A stretch of 64,000 bases of DNA from Lama guanicoe (Eukaryota), in assembly GCA_013239625.1 (NCBI GenBank), contig MU054323.1, positions 13,313,950 through 13,377,949 of the forward strand, read 5' to 3'. A program made the translations under genes and the position numbers. Below the pieces are notes generated by a model that saw only the letters and a list, made by a program, of their open reading frames with translations, was not told the origin of the DNA and did no database searches. Positions 12,136 through 23,094 of this stretch are shown here, one piece after another; within the stretch, counting starts at the first letter, position 1, and the number at the start of each line of letters is the position of its first letter.

Positions 12136-12578
12136 TTTTTTTTAATTGAAGTATTGTCAGTTTGCAATGTTGTGTCGATTTCTGGTATACAGCACAATGT
12201 TTCAGTTATCCATATATACACATATATTCCTTTTCATACTCTTTTTCATTATAGGTTACTACAAGATACTGAATATAGTTCCCTGTGCTATACAGTGTAA
12301 ACTTGTTTATCTATTTTACATGTAGTAGTTAGCATCTGCAGATCTCGAACTCTTAATTTATCCCTCCGCACCCCCTTCCCCCACCACCCCCACCTGGTAA
12401 CCATAAGTTTGTTTTCAATGTCTGTGTGTCTGTTTCTGTTTTGAAAATAAGTTCATTTGTGTCTTTTTGTTTGTTTGTTTTAGGTTCCACATATAAGTGA
12501 TATCATGTGGCTTTTTTTTCCTCTTTCTGGCTTCACTTAGAGTGACGATCTCCAGGTCTATCCATGTTGCTGCAAATG
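12136..12578 (-). mobile_element. Young L1 3' end, 5'-truncated
   Basis: T-tail then aattgaagtattgtcagtttgcaatgttgtgtc...tccatgttgctgcaaatg; degenerate TSD gtccatactttt / gcccacactttt. Confidence 0.9.
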
Positions 12579-13699
12579 AGCCCACACTTTTGTCTTGGCA
12601 GCTGAGGACATTTAGTCCCTGCAAGATATTTCCCCCTTGGTCACACAAATACTGTGGAGAAACGTGTAGAATCCAGGTTTTCTTTGTACTTCTCAGAATA
12701 GTTTTTTTAGAAGAATTATGCCAGCTAACAAAATAGAGTTGGGTTAACTTTCCTCAGCTGTAGGTGGTTTCTCTGGGTGTAGAGTTCCACGTAGCATCTA
12801 TTCGGATGCGGGATTAGCATCCCAATTTTCCAAAGGAGTAAAGACAAGTTAATTTTCTAGATAACTGTAAAGGTTTTCAGAGCCAGACTTTTAATTCAGT
12901 TTTGAGCTTTTTGCATAAAATATTTCTGAAAGGTATCCCACGTATGTAGCATTGCAGGTCGTTAGCCACTTTCACAGCCTGCCTTGGCTCGGAACCCCTC
13001 TAAGGTGGGCAGGGCTGCTGAGCCCACCTGCCACCCTCCTGTCGCTTGTGGATTCTGGGTTCACTCTCCACCCAGGTAACAGTGTGTTTTTCTGACTCAT
13101 CTGCCGATGTGCTGCATTTAGACCCTGTCAGTTGTGAAACCAGAAATGTGAAAATGGCAGGGTTTGCTTCTCGTGGCGATTTAGTGTCTTCACAAGGGTC
13201 CAAACCCCATTTTTGTGAGAAATGAATGCACTTTTTAGTGACTGGTTTTGTGACACACATTTCAGTGGCCCCAGATTCTTTTTGACTTGTCAGTGCCATT
13301 GGTCGGGAAGGACCCCCTGTACTTTATAGCATCCTTCTCTTCTGATCAGAGAGCTTGGCACCAGCAGTCACAGCCCTCCTGGAGGGCAGTTGGGGCAGAT
13401 TCAGGGGCCTTTAAACGTACATTACCCTTGAATCAGCAAATCATCTTCTAGGATTTTATCCTAAGGTAGTAATGTTCTTCAAAGGATTAATAACACCAGT
13501 GAAAAGTTGTAATCCAACATTCCTACTGAAAAATAGGCAAATGGTCAAATAAGTGATAAATCAAAAATAATAATATTTGACTGTCTAAAAATTGGGGATG
13601 GGGAACTCTACAATGTATGGATAAATGTTAATGATTCAACATAGTGGCATTCCAAAATGGGAGAGGTGGCAGGGCACATGGGAAGTCACTGGAAACCTA

Positions 13700-13930
13700 T
13701 AAAGGCATAAATTGGGAGATCGAGATTTGCAGATGCTAACTGCTATATATAAAATAGATAAACAACAAGTTTCTACTGTATGGCACAGAGAGCTATACTC
13801 AATACCTTGTAGTGACCTATCATGAAAAAGAATGTGAAAAGGAATATATGTATGTATCTGTATGACTAAAACATTGTGCCGTACACCAGAAATTGACACC
13901 ACATTGCTAACTGACTATACTTCAATAAAA
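13700..13930 (+). mobile_element. Young L1 3' end, 5'-truncated, followed by (CA)n at ~13932-13956
   Basis: ataaattgggagatcgagatttgcaga...ccagaaattgacaccacattg..ctgactatacttcaataaaa. Confidence 0.9.
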
Positions 13931-14924
13931 TACACACACACACACACACACACACATTTAAATATATATACACTGACCACCAGCGTGTTTTCTGCCCTAA
14001 TTCCTGGCCTAGCTGAGAGGGTAACCAGGCCGTTGATTAAGTCTTGGGTAATGGATGCTCGTTACAGGACATGTTCTGCTGTTTTGGCCATTTTAATGTG
14101 TAACCATTATCACCAGAAGTCCAAGATTCTTATTCTAAAAACATCCACTGCATGAAAAGCCAAACAAAAACCTTTTACCCAGCTTGCTTGTCATGATTAA
14201 CATATATGTTCTGTGAGAAAGCTTCTTTCCAAGTATATAATCAGACCCTTCTCTCTTCAAGTCGAGGCTAATTTCCCGGGTGTCCTAGGTTGTGAATAGG
14301 GCTGGAGTCCATGCAGCTGACTCAGAGCTCACTTTCAAATTCTGAGAGCGCTTCAGCCTGCTGATTCCCTACTAGGACTGTTTCCGCCCCTCCCCAGTGG
14401 CATTTAGCTGTAATTAACTGAGCTGTGACTGTTCACATGCCTCTCGCAGCTGCCTTTCTTGTTGGCTTTGCTATTTACATGCGTAATTTTCCTCTAACAA
14501 CTCTGGCAGAGACCTTGTTTTCTTAGTGTTACCCTGCAGTCCTGCTGGCCTTCTCGTGGCATCCGAAGCCCGAGGATTGTGCTAATTCTTCAGCACGCTC
14601 AGTAGCCACTAGTCTGTGATGCGTGGTGGCGTCAGTTGTCCTAGTGACTAGAGGTCTTGGCATCTCAGCCTTCCAAGCCTCTGCCTCTGACTTCTTTTCC
14701 CTCCAGGCACAGTCTCTGCTCCCGTGCCTGCCTTGGCACCTTCCCCAGCCCCTGGCTGTGGTTCCTCCATGCTGCTTCTTCGCAAAGCCTTAGAAAAAGA
14801 TTCCTGATTCACTCTGCCTTCCTGTGGCCCTTCTCTGTTGGTCATTTCTTAGCAGACCACAGCAAAAAAGGGAAGAAGTCCGAGTATTTCTCACCTTCTT
14901 ACATTTCTTTCCTAGTCAGAATCA

Positions 14925-15750
14925 GTCATTGTTTCATTCATGCGTTCGTTCAACAAACATTTGAATGTCAAGGATGTGCCAGGCACTGTTCTGTGTACAG
15001 GATATACAGCTATAAACCAAACAGACAAAAAGTCCTGCCCTTGTGGAGCTTACGTTTTAGTGAGGGAGATAACAGTAAACAGGATGAGTAAAAAGCTATA
15101 TAGTTTGTTAAATGGCCTTAAACGTTAAGGAGGAAATAAAGAGGCATACCTGGGAAGTGCAGAGAGAGGGAGGGAGAGTGGTGATCTGAAATAAGTAAGC
15201 AAGCAAAGGCTAGCCTCAGATGATGGCATTTGGGTATTGCCGGGAAGGGCATTCTATTTGTAGACTTGTGGAGGAGATTAGGGGTTCGACTTCAGCGTTT
15301 TAAGTTTTTAGTGCTTACAGTGAGTATCCAAATGAAGTTGTCTAAAGGGCAGTTGGACCTATGCATTTGGAATTCAGGGGTGAGTTCTGGGCTGAGAGCC
15401 ATCAGCATGTATATAGACAGTGTTTGAAGGCTTGAAATTGGATGGGATCACCAAGGGAGTGAATGTAGCTAGAAAGGAGAAGTCCAAAGACTGAGTCCTT
15501 GTCCCTCATTTAGACGTGAGGAGCTGGTGGGGAACAGGCAAAGGGGATTGAGAAAAATTGGCAAGTGAAGGAGGAAAACCAGAATCCAAGAGAAGGGAGT
15601 ATTTCAAAGAGGAGGGAGTGATGAACCTGTATCAAACATGGTTGCGAGGCAAGAATGAAGACCAAAAACTGACAGTGGGATTTAGCAAAGTCTAGGTCAT
15701 TGGTGCCTGCCAGAGCAGTCTCAGTGGAGGGGTGGCCAACACTGTTGATT
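14925..15750 (-). mobile_element. L2 LINE 3' region
   Basis: cattcatgcgttcgttcaacaaacatttga...ccaggcactgttctg L2 3'-end signature plus upstream L2 body. Confidence 0.75.
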
Positions 15751-18258
15751 TCCTTGAAGCCTGATGGCCAACTCCCAGAAGTCTTTCTTTCGTACCACAC
15801 CCAGTTGGTGATGTGGTCTCTCTCTTAATATTCAACCTACTCTTTTTTTGCTTTTGAACATAGGAGTTTTGCAAAAAAATTTTAAAACTAAGCCAGACCC
15901 TTAACACAATGCAGTGAGTTTTTAAATCTATGCAGTTATTTATAAAAATTTTAAAATGCTTCTTTTTTTTCCCCTCACATGGCATTCTTTCTCTTAGATT
16001 TTGGAAAATGAATGGAAATTGTTTTGGAGTAGGGTGAGCAAAGCTGACATGTTTCCATTCTACTGAGGCACATGTCTAGGTAATAGAGGGTTGTTGCTGA
16101 AATTCATATCCTCAGGATTCTACTTGCCCATTTTTTAATTGAGATTTTTCATAGAATGGTAATGATCAAATGTGCCTTTTGGAGCACTGGAAATGCCTAT
16201 TCTCCCCCTCCCCCCTTTTTGATAGTGGTTGGTCCAAATTATTCCTTTAGTACATATTTTATGGCAAAGATTCATAAACAGTGGACTAGAATATTCCCAT
16301 TTGGCACAACTGCTTCAAAATCATGAAATTAGCAGAGGGTTGGGGCATAAGAATTATTTTCACAGAATTTATATCTAAAAACCTATTCTCAATTAACTTG
16401 GGTTCCACTTTTAGGAATCTTGATATACCAGTGAATAAAGCATTTGTTGGCATATTCAGGCTTCACGGGAGACGTGTAGTGTCCTCCGTGCTACTTTCTG
16501 TCTTAACTGTGCCTGATGGTTCCCTTTACTAACTCTTTCATGACAGTTATAACACCTAAGACATTAGATTAATAGGAATGGAGATTTTATGGTTGGATTG
16601 GAAAAAGGGTCAAAGGAAAACATCACTAAGCTTTATGTTTGTTGCTACAGAATGACATTCTTGTGGAGGTATTTCATTAATTCCTTAAAAATGATTGTGT
16701 TTGCAGTAATTTCAGCAGTGGATCCTCATAGCTCTAAACTGATGCAGAAATGCCGGATTGTGATAGTGGTCACGGAATGTGTCTACATTTGTCAGAATTC
16801 ATTGAACTGGACTGTTAGATGCATTTGTTGCGTATAAATTACACTTGAATGAAGTCAGAGAAAACACACTAAAGAAAAAGTGGTAACTCATTTTAGTTGT
16901 GATGAAGCCACATCGGGTGTGTGTTGCATTTTAGGATCAGTATTCAGAAACACTTTAACAGTGGGTGAACATCATAATAATTAGCTTTTATTTTGACAGG
17001 ATGAAGTTATAAGGTGCTTCTCTTTTATCTGCCCCATGAAGGGTACACCAGAAGGCAGTAAATTAGTTGATTGGTTCCTATGAGGAATATTTAATTCCGT
17101 GTGCCCACATTTTCAGCTGGACGGCCAGGAGAATAAGACTGCAACGGTTTCCAAATTTACATCTTTCTGGAACTTCTCATGTAATTTAGCAGCAGTCATA
17201 ATTACTTGCAAGAAATGCCATAACATGCCAAATGCTAAAAAAAAAAAAGAAGAAGGTTTTGTTCCTTAGGTTTCTTCAGTGCTAATCATTTGAATCCTAC
17301 ACAGGCAACAGAACTGGGACTCATGGAGTGTGTTGGGAATAACGAGCTGTGACTAGGAGTAAGTGAAGTGATAAACAGCCCTCAGGAAAGATCTGCCTCA
17401 CGTTGATGCAGTGAAGGGGGGGGTGTCACTGATTGTCTTACATGCTCACAGTCAAAGCCCATTATTGGTGACATAAACCATTTTTAGTTGCACAAGTATG
17501 TATATGAAAAAATCCAGGCAACATGGAACCTGTTTGTGATCTCTGCTGTGTAAGTGACTTTGGGTTTTGCTGATTCTTTTGCCTGCCTCCACCTCCCCTC
17601 CTCCACTTTCTACCCCACTGTCAAGACTCCAGATAAATCCCTTCTGTTGCACAAAGCCACCTTTGACCTCTCTGGTGTCTCTTCTTTAAATTCATGTGAC
17701 GCCAGAAGTTGGTACTATTCTTTTGACAAATATATTTTTGATAATTTTTATGTTAAATTATTTTGAACTTATAGAGCAACTCATTATTTTTGTGTCTATT
17801 TGTATAATTTGGCTTTTTTTGAATAATCATTCTTCTTTGGAGGCAGGTACCAAGCCAAATGCTTTAAAATATTTTCTGTAATCTGTAATACAGGATCTTG
17901 TATGAATTGATGCTCAGGATATTCTTAGTATACGTTTAAAGAATGTTTTCATTTTCTATCATCACTGAGAACTTAACCAAGTAAATTACTGTTTGTTATA
18001 GAATTTTTACTTCTCTTCTAATCAATTTCATTTGATGTTAAAACTTCAGTTTATGTACTGTTCAAAGTGAAAATCCTTTAAAAATATTTCATTTTTAAAA
18101 AACGCTAAAAGTTAAAAAGCGGTCATCCATTTAAAATCATGTGTTATGACAGTTGTACAATAATGTTTGTTTATGCGAGTCTTGTGTATAAAGATAAGGA
18201 AAATGTTTTTCTTAATACAGTTTATTTCATCTTTTAAATTTTGTCAATTGACTTGCAG

Positions 18259-18381
18259 ATATCAACGAATGCTTGGAGGACAATAGTGTTTGCCAGGGAG
18301 GAGACTGCATTAATACTGAAGGGTCCTATGATTGTACTTGTCCAGATGGATTCCAGCTAAATGACAAAAAAGGATGTCAAG
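18259..18381 (+). CDS. LTBP1: LTBP1 exon, cbEGF (DINECLEDNSVCQGGDCINTEGSYDCTCPDGFQLNDKKGCQ)
   Basis: acttgcag|AT acceptor; CAAG|gtacct donor (weak); 123 nt. Confidence 0.95.
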
Positions 18382-18877
18382 GTACCTTTCTCTCCATTTT
18401 CAAGTTATAATTTACATAGTTGTTCAGTTCTGCATTGCTTCCTGATGACAGTCTGAGGCTTTACCACTTTATATATAAATGAGATAATGCCAATTTGCAT
18501 TATTATAATATTTTTGAGTCTGCATCAAGTACCGGAAGTTCTCAGCTGACTGCACCGTGTTGACTGAGACTCATGCATTTTGGAACTGTGTCCTAGCTTG
18601 GTACGCTTCTGTGGTAACTGAGATCCCTTCATGAGCCAACCTTGGTACTTGATTCTAAATTATTTTCTAGCTTTTTTATATCCTTCCTGGGTCTGTTTCA
18701 TTTTATCCTATAGCTGGTTTGTATCTGCTTCCTCCACCCCCCGCCTTGATTCCTGTTTTTATCCAATATCCAGCTTTTTCTCTTCCTAAAAAAGCTTATT
18801 AATAATTTGGTCAAAATTATAGGGGACAGGACTTTATATTTTTTCAAAGTACTCTTACTGTTTAATTCCCCAAACGA

Positions 18878-19687
18878 TAGTTCCCCGTCTCCTTATCTGC
18901 GGTTTCACTTTCTGCGCTTGGTTACCCATGGTTGGCCACAGTCCAGAAATACATGGAAAATTCCAGAAACAATTCATAAGTTTTAAATTGTGCGCGTTCT
19001 GAGTAGTGTGACTGAAATCTCGTGTCGTGCTGCTTCATCCCGCCTGGGACACGAATCGTCCTGCTGTGCCACGTGTCTTGCCCGTCAGTCACTTACTAGC
19101 CGTTCCAGCTATCAGATCGGCTGTTGAGGGATTGCAGTGCCTGTGTTCAAGTCACCCTTATTTTACCTAATAATGGTGCCAGAGCCCGAGAGTACTGATG
19201 CTAGTGATTTGGATATGCCAGAAAGAAGCCATAAAAATGTTTTTTTTTTTTTGAAGTGAGGAAGTGAAAGTTCTCCACTTTATAGGAAAAGGGAAAAAAA
19301 TCATATGTTGAAATTGCTAAGATCTATGGTGAGAACAAAGCTTTTATCCATGAAATTGTGAAGAAGGAAAAAGAAATTCATGCTAGTTTTGCTGTTGCCT
19401 CTCAGACTGCAAAAGCTATGGCCAGAATGTGTGATAAGTTCTTCGTTAAGATGAAAAAGGCATTAAATTTGTGCAGTAAGATATTTGAAAAGAGAGAAAT
19501 CACGTTCACCTAACTTTCATGACTGGTTTTTGCGTCTGTCTTATTAGTTATTCTTGTTAATCTCTGTGCCTAATTTATAAATTAAACTGTATTATATGTG
19601 TATATCAGAAAAAAATATATATAGGTTTCAGGCATCCACCAGAGGTCTTAGGATGTATCCCCCGTGGATAAGAGAGGACTAACTGTG
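18878..19687. mobile_element. MER44 (Tigger7 family) DNA transposon, long form
   Basis: ccttatctgcggtttcactttc...ggaaaattccagaaacaattcataagttttaaattg...cccccgtggataagagaggactaactg; decayed transposase 5' remnant. Confidence 0.85.
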
Positions 19688-19811
19688 CAGTGGACACAGG
19701 TGCTAATAAGAACACAGCACCAATCAAAACAACAGCTTTAAGTAAATACCTTCTATGTGCCAATTACTGTATTGCCTCATTTAATTTGTAGAGAATTTAA
19801 GAGGAAACTTT

Positions 19812-19935
19812 TTTTTAATGCATTGGGGGGGTTTAGATTTATTTGCTTGTTTGTTTAATGAAGGTACTGGGGACTGAACCCAGGACCTCATGCCTGCTAG
19901 GTACACCCTCTACCACTGAGCTGTACCCTCTCCCC
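19812..19935 (-). mobile_element. tRNA-Ala-derived camelid SINE inserted in a MIR
   Basis: Reverse A/B boxes; 13-bp TSD aagaggaaacttt at 19799-19811 and 19936-19948. Confidence 0.9.
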
Positions 19936-22900
19936 AAGAGGAAACTTTCTGTATATCCATTTTCTGCATGAGTAGCTGAAGCTCAGAGAGGTTAATGAGC
20001 ATACCTCTCACCAAAAAGTAGTTAAGCTGAGATTTGAACTGAAGATCTTTGCCTGCTAGTCTCTCTATATTTCCATATAGGTGTAGACTTTAGATCTTAC
20101 CTAACAGTCTGAAGATAGTTGCATATTCAGGAAGGCATTTTCAGTTAGAAGTGTAAGAATCTCTTCCCCCAGCAAAATTAATGGTGATACACAGACAACA
20201 TGGAAATCCCACGTTAATAGTCTCTTTAGGAATGTGGCAGCACATGTCTGAGATGCAGAGCACACTCGGTTTTCACGTTTTGACTTACACACGCCAGATT
20301 GTGAATTTATGTGGAATCTCAGATCCGTGAAAGAAACCCAACTTAAATACAGTCTGGCTTTCGGCTGAGTTACTAGCAGCATAGTTTAGAAGTGCCTCAA
20401 TAAGTACAACCCAAATTGAATGCATATGTTTCTCTGGTTCCAGATATTCATGTTGTTCTTTCTTAGCGGTTTCCTGGAAAAAAGTCTGGGAATTCGTCTT
20501 CAGTTCCTGTCATCAAACTTTTTAGACAATTATGTTAATCAGTGACTTCTCTTGAAGCAAGAACTTAATGCCCACCATTCCCTGGGTGACGTTGCTAAGT
20601 CTGACAGCTTTTGAAGGGCCACGCGGAGGCATAGGTAAAACAAGGAGGTGAGCTCGGGTGACCTCCAGGGCTCTCTCTGCAAGATGGCTCTTGACCTTGG
20701 GCTTGATCCCCAGGCCGGTGCAACTTTGTGGCACCTTCTTGCCCAGGTGGAGGTAACTCTAGACAGCAGATTGGAAAGAAAGAATGGAGCTAAAGGGTAA
20801 AAGAAGGTTTGAGTTGGAAAAAAAAAAAAAGATCAATCTAAGGTATCATCAGTAGGTAGGGAACAAACATAGAAGATGATAGAGATTTTTATACAAGAAG
20901 TGAAGGATTTCACAGAGTGGAATCATGTTGAGAAATAGTAAAGCAGAAAATGATTCATTGCTCCTCCTTGAAATATGTTCAAATTAGTGACAGGAACAGG
21001 CCTGGAAGAACTGTTAAGAAAATGAGTAATTCCTGCTTGGTTTCTTCGTTGGGTTCAGCAGTAGATAGGCCAACTGGTCTGAGTTATATGGCAGATGGAA
21101 GGATAGAGAGTTCAGGCTTAATGCAGAGGTGGCTGAATCAGTGATCCTGCCAGATTTCCTGTTACACAGTGAGATCAACAGGGCAAAAAAGAAGAGCCCC
21201 AGGAGGTCCTGGGTACAGGGGAAGGGGATGACTCTGTGGAGGAGGAGAGCTGCAGGGTTGGTGGCTAAGCATGTCCCGGAGGTTACTGGGGAGTCTCACC
21301 ATCTGTACCTTTTCCGCATTCCCATTACACTTTAGAGTTACTCACGTTGGCTCCTGCCTTCCCTGTTACACTGTGAGCTTCATAAGGGTGAGGGCTCCTG
21401 CCTGTTCAGCCCTCTCAGAGGAAGCATTCAGTAAATATTTTCATTGAATTAAAGATAGACTTCTAAGAGGATGTTTTGAGGGCCTCTTTAGCGAAAGATA
21501 GAGGGGGAGGGCCTAGGATGCTTCAGAAAGAGGAAAATCACCTTAGTTGGGCTACTGCCCAGGTGCTGCCAAGGACCTGTGATTCTGTTTATGACCCCAG
21601 TTAACTTAGCCAATCACTGTTCAGGTAGTAGAGAATGAACACAACTGTGAAGTGTTACGGTGGTGCTCCTGCTGACTCACTCCTGACCACATCTTCCAGT
21701 CTTGTGAAACTCATTGATGTTCCAAGAAAAATGCAGATATATAGCAGTTGTGTAGTCTTGCCAGTATTCATTATTCACAGACCAATTTCCAATAAAATCT
21801 AAGAGTCATGAAATTATAGGACTAGTGTTAAAGGTGAAATTTGACCGTACTTCCACCTTGCTTAACTCATGAAATGTTATGGTGGACAGACATTCATAAC
21901 ACAGTGTTCACGTGCTGTACCAGGAGCTGGGGACTCGGAGTTAAAACACGCAGTTGTCCTCAAGGAGCAGTCAGGGTGGTGAGGGACGCAGATGAGTGAA
22001 ACGGCGGAGCGCGTGGGCAGCTGCGCGTGTCGGCACCGGTGTGAACCGGTGAACCGTTGTCCGTGATTCCTGACACTGTCCACGTTGGGCGCTCCTAGCC
22101 AGCATGGGTAGGGCTGCTTTGGAAGAACATCTCACTCACACCAAGCACTCTGTGCATTATCGGTGTTAAGGAGTGCGTCATCACCCTGGCTGTGCGGAGC
22201 ACCATCACTCTTCATTCAGGACCGGCATAGAATGAGGTGGTCTGCACAACTGCAGCACGACCTGTTCGTGAGTCCTAACAGTAGGAGCTACCGCTTTTTG
22301 CCTCTTGGTTGTGTGTTAGGTACTGCATTAAGCACTTGACCCTCATGCGCTAATTGCATCATCACAGAGCAGTGCAAAAATGAGGACCTTCCTTGGTATA
22401 AAAGCCCTTCTTTTTCTTATATCCGTTTTCAATGAAATACAGATGGGCGTTTATTTCTTTTACATATTCAGACATTGGTGGAGTGTCATTTTTGAGCTAA
22501 ACACTCAGTAAGACATGTGCAGCCTTGCTCTTAAGAAGTGCGTGTCCTTGAGATGGGTAGGCGTGGACATGAGAAGCTTTGTAGGCCACAGGAGAGTGGT
22601 CCGCATGCTGGTGGGAGAGGATGGACGAAAACACAGTATTCTCACCAAAGAATATTTCACAGAGGATTTGTTTATTTGACTAGAGACCCTCAAGGTTCCA
22701 ATATGCCTGAAAATGGGGTACCTTTGGGTGGAACGTATGAAAGTGCTTTTCGTTAGGCTGCGAATGTGAGTCATGTGAGTCAACCTAGGGAGCTTCCCTC
22801 CTGACAGTCCAGCTTGCCTTGGGCTCTGGTGTGTGCACAGACCGTGGAGTGGGGCCCCCAGATAGATGTCCGTCTATTTTGTAATAGATTTTGCTTCCTG

Positions 22901-22968
22901 TGTGTCTGATATCATATGAAAACAAAAAAGGTTTTTCTTCAAGTATGTGGAACTATTTTCCATTCCAG

Positions 22969-23094
22969 ATATTAATGAATGTGAACAGCCCGGGCTCTGT
23001 GGTCCTCATGGAGAGTGTCTAAACACAGACGGTTCTTTCCACTGTGTCTGTGAACAGGGTTTCTCGATCTCTGCAGATGGGCGTACATGTGAAG
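22969..23094 (+). CDS. LTBP1: LTBP1 exon, cbEGF ([42 protein letters not shown])
   Basis: ccattccag|AT acceptor; GAAG|gtaaga donor; 126 nt. Confidence 0.96.
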
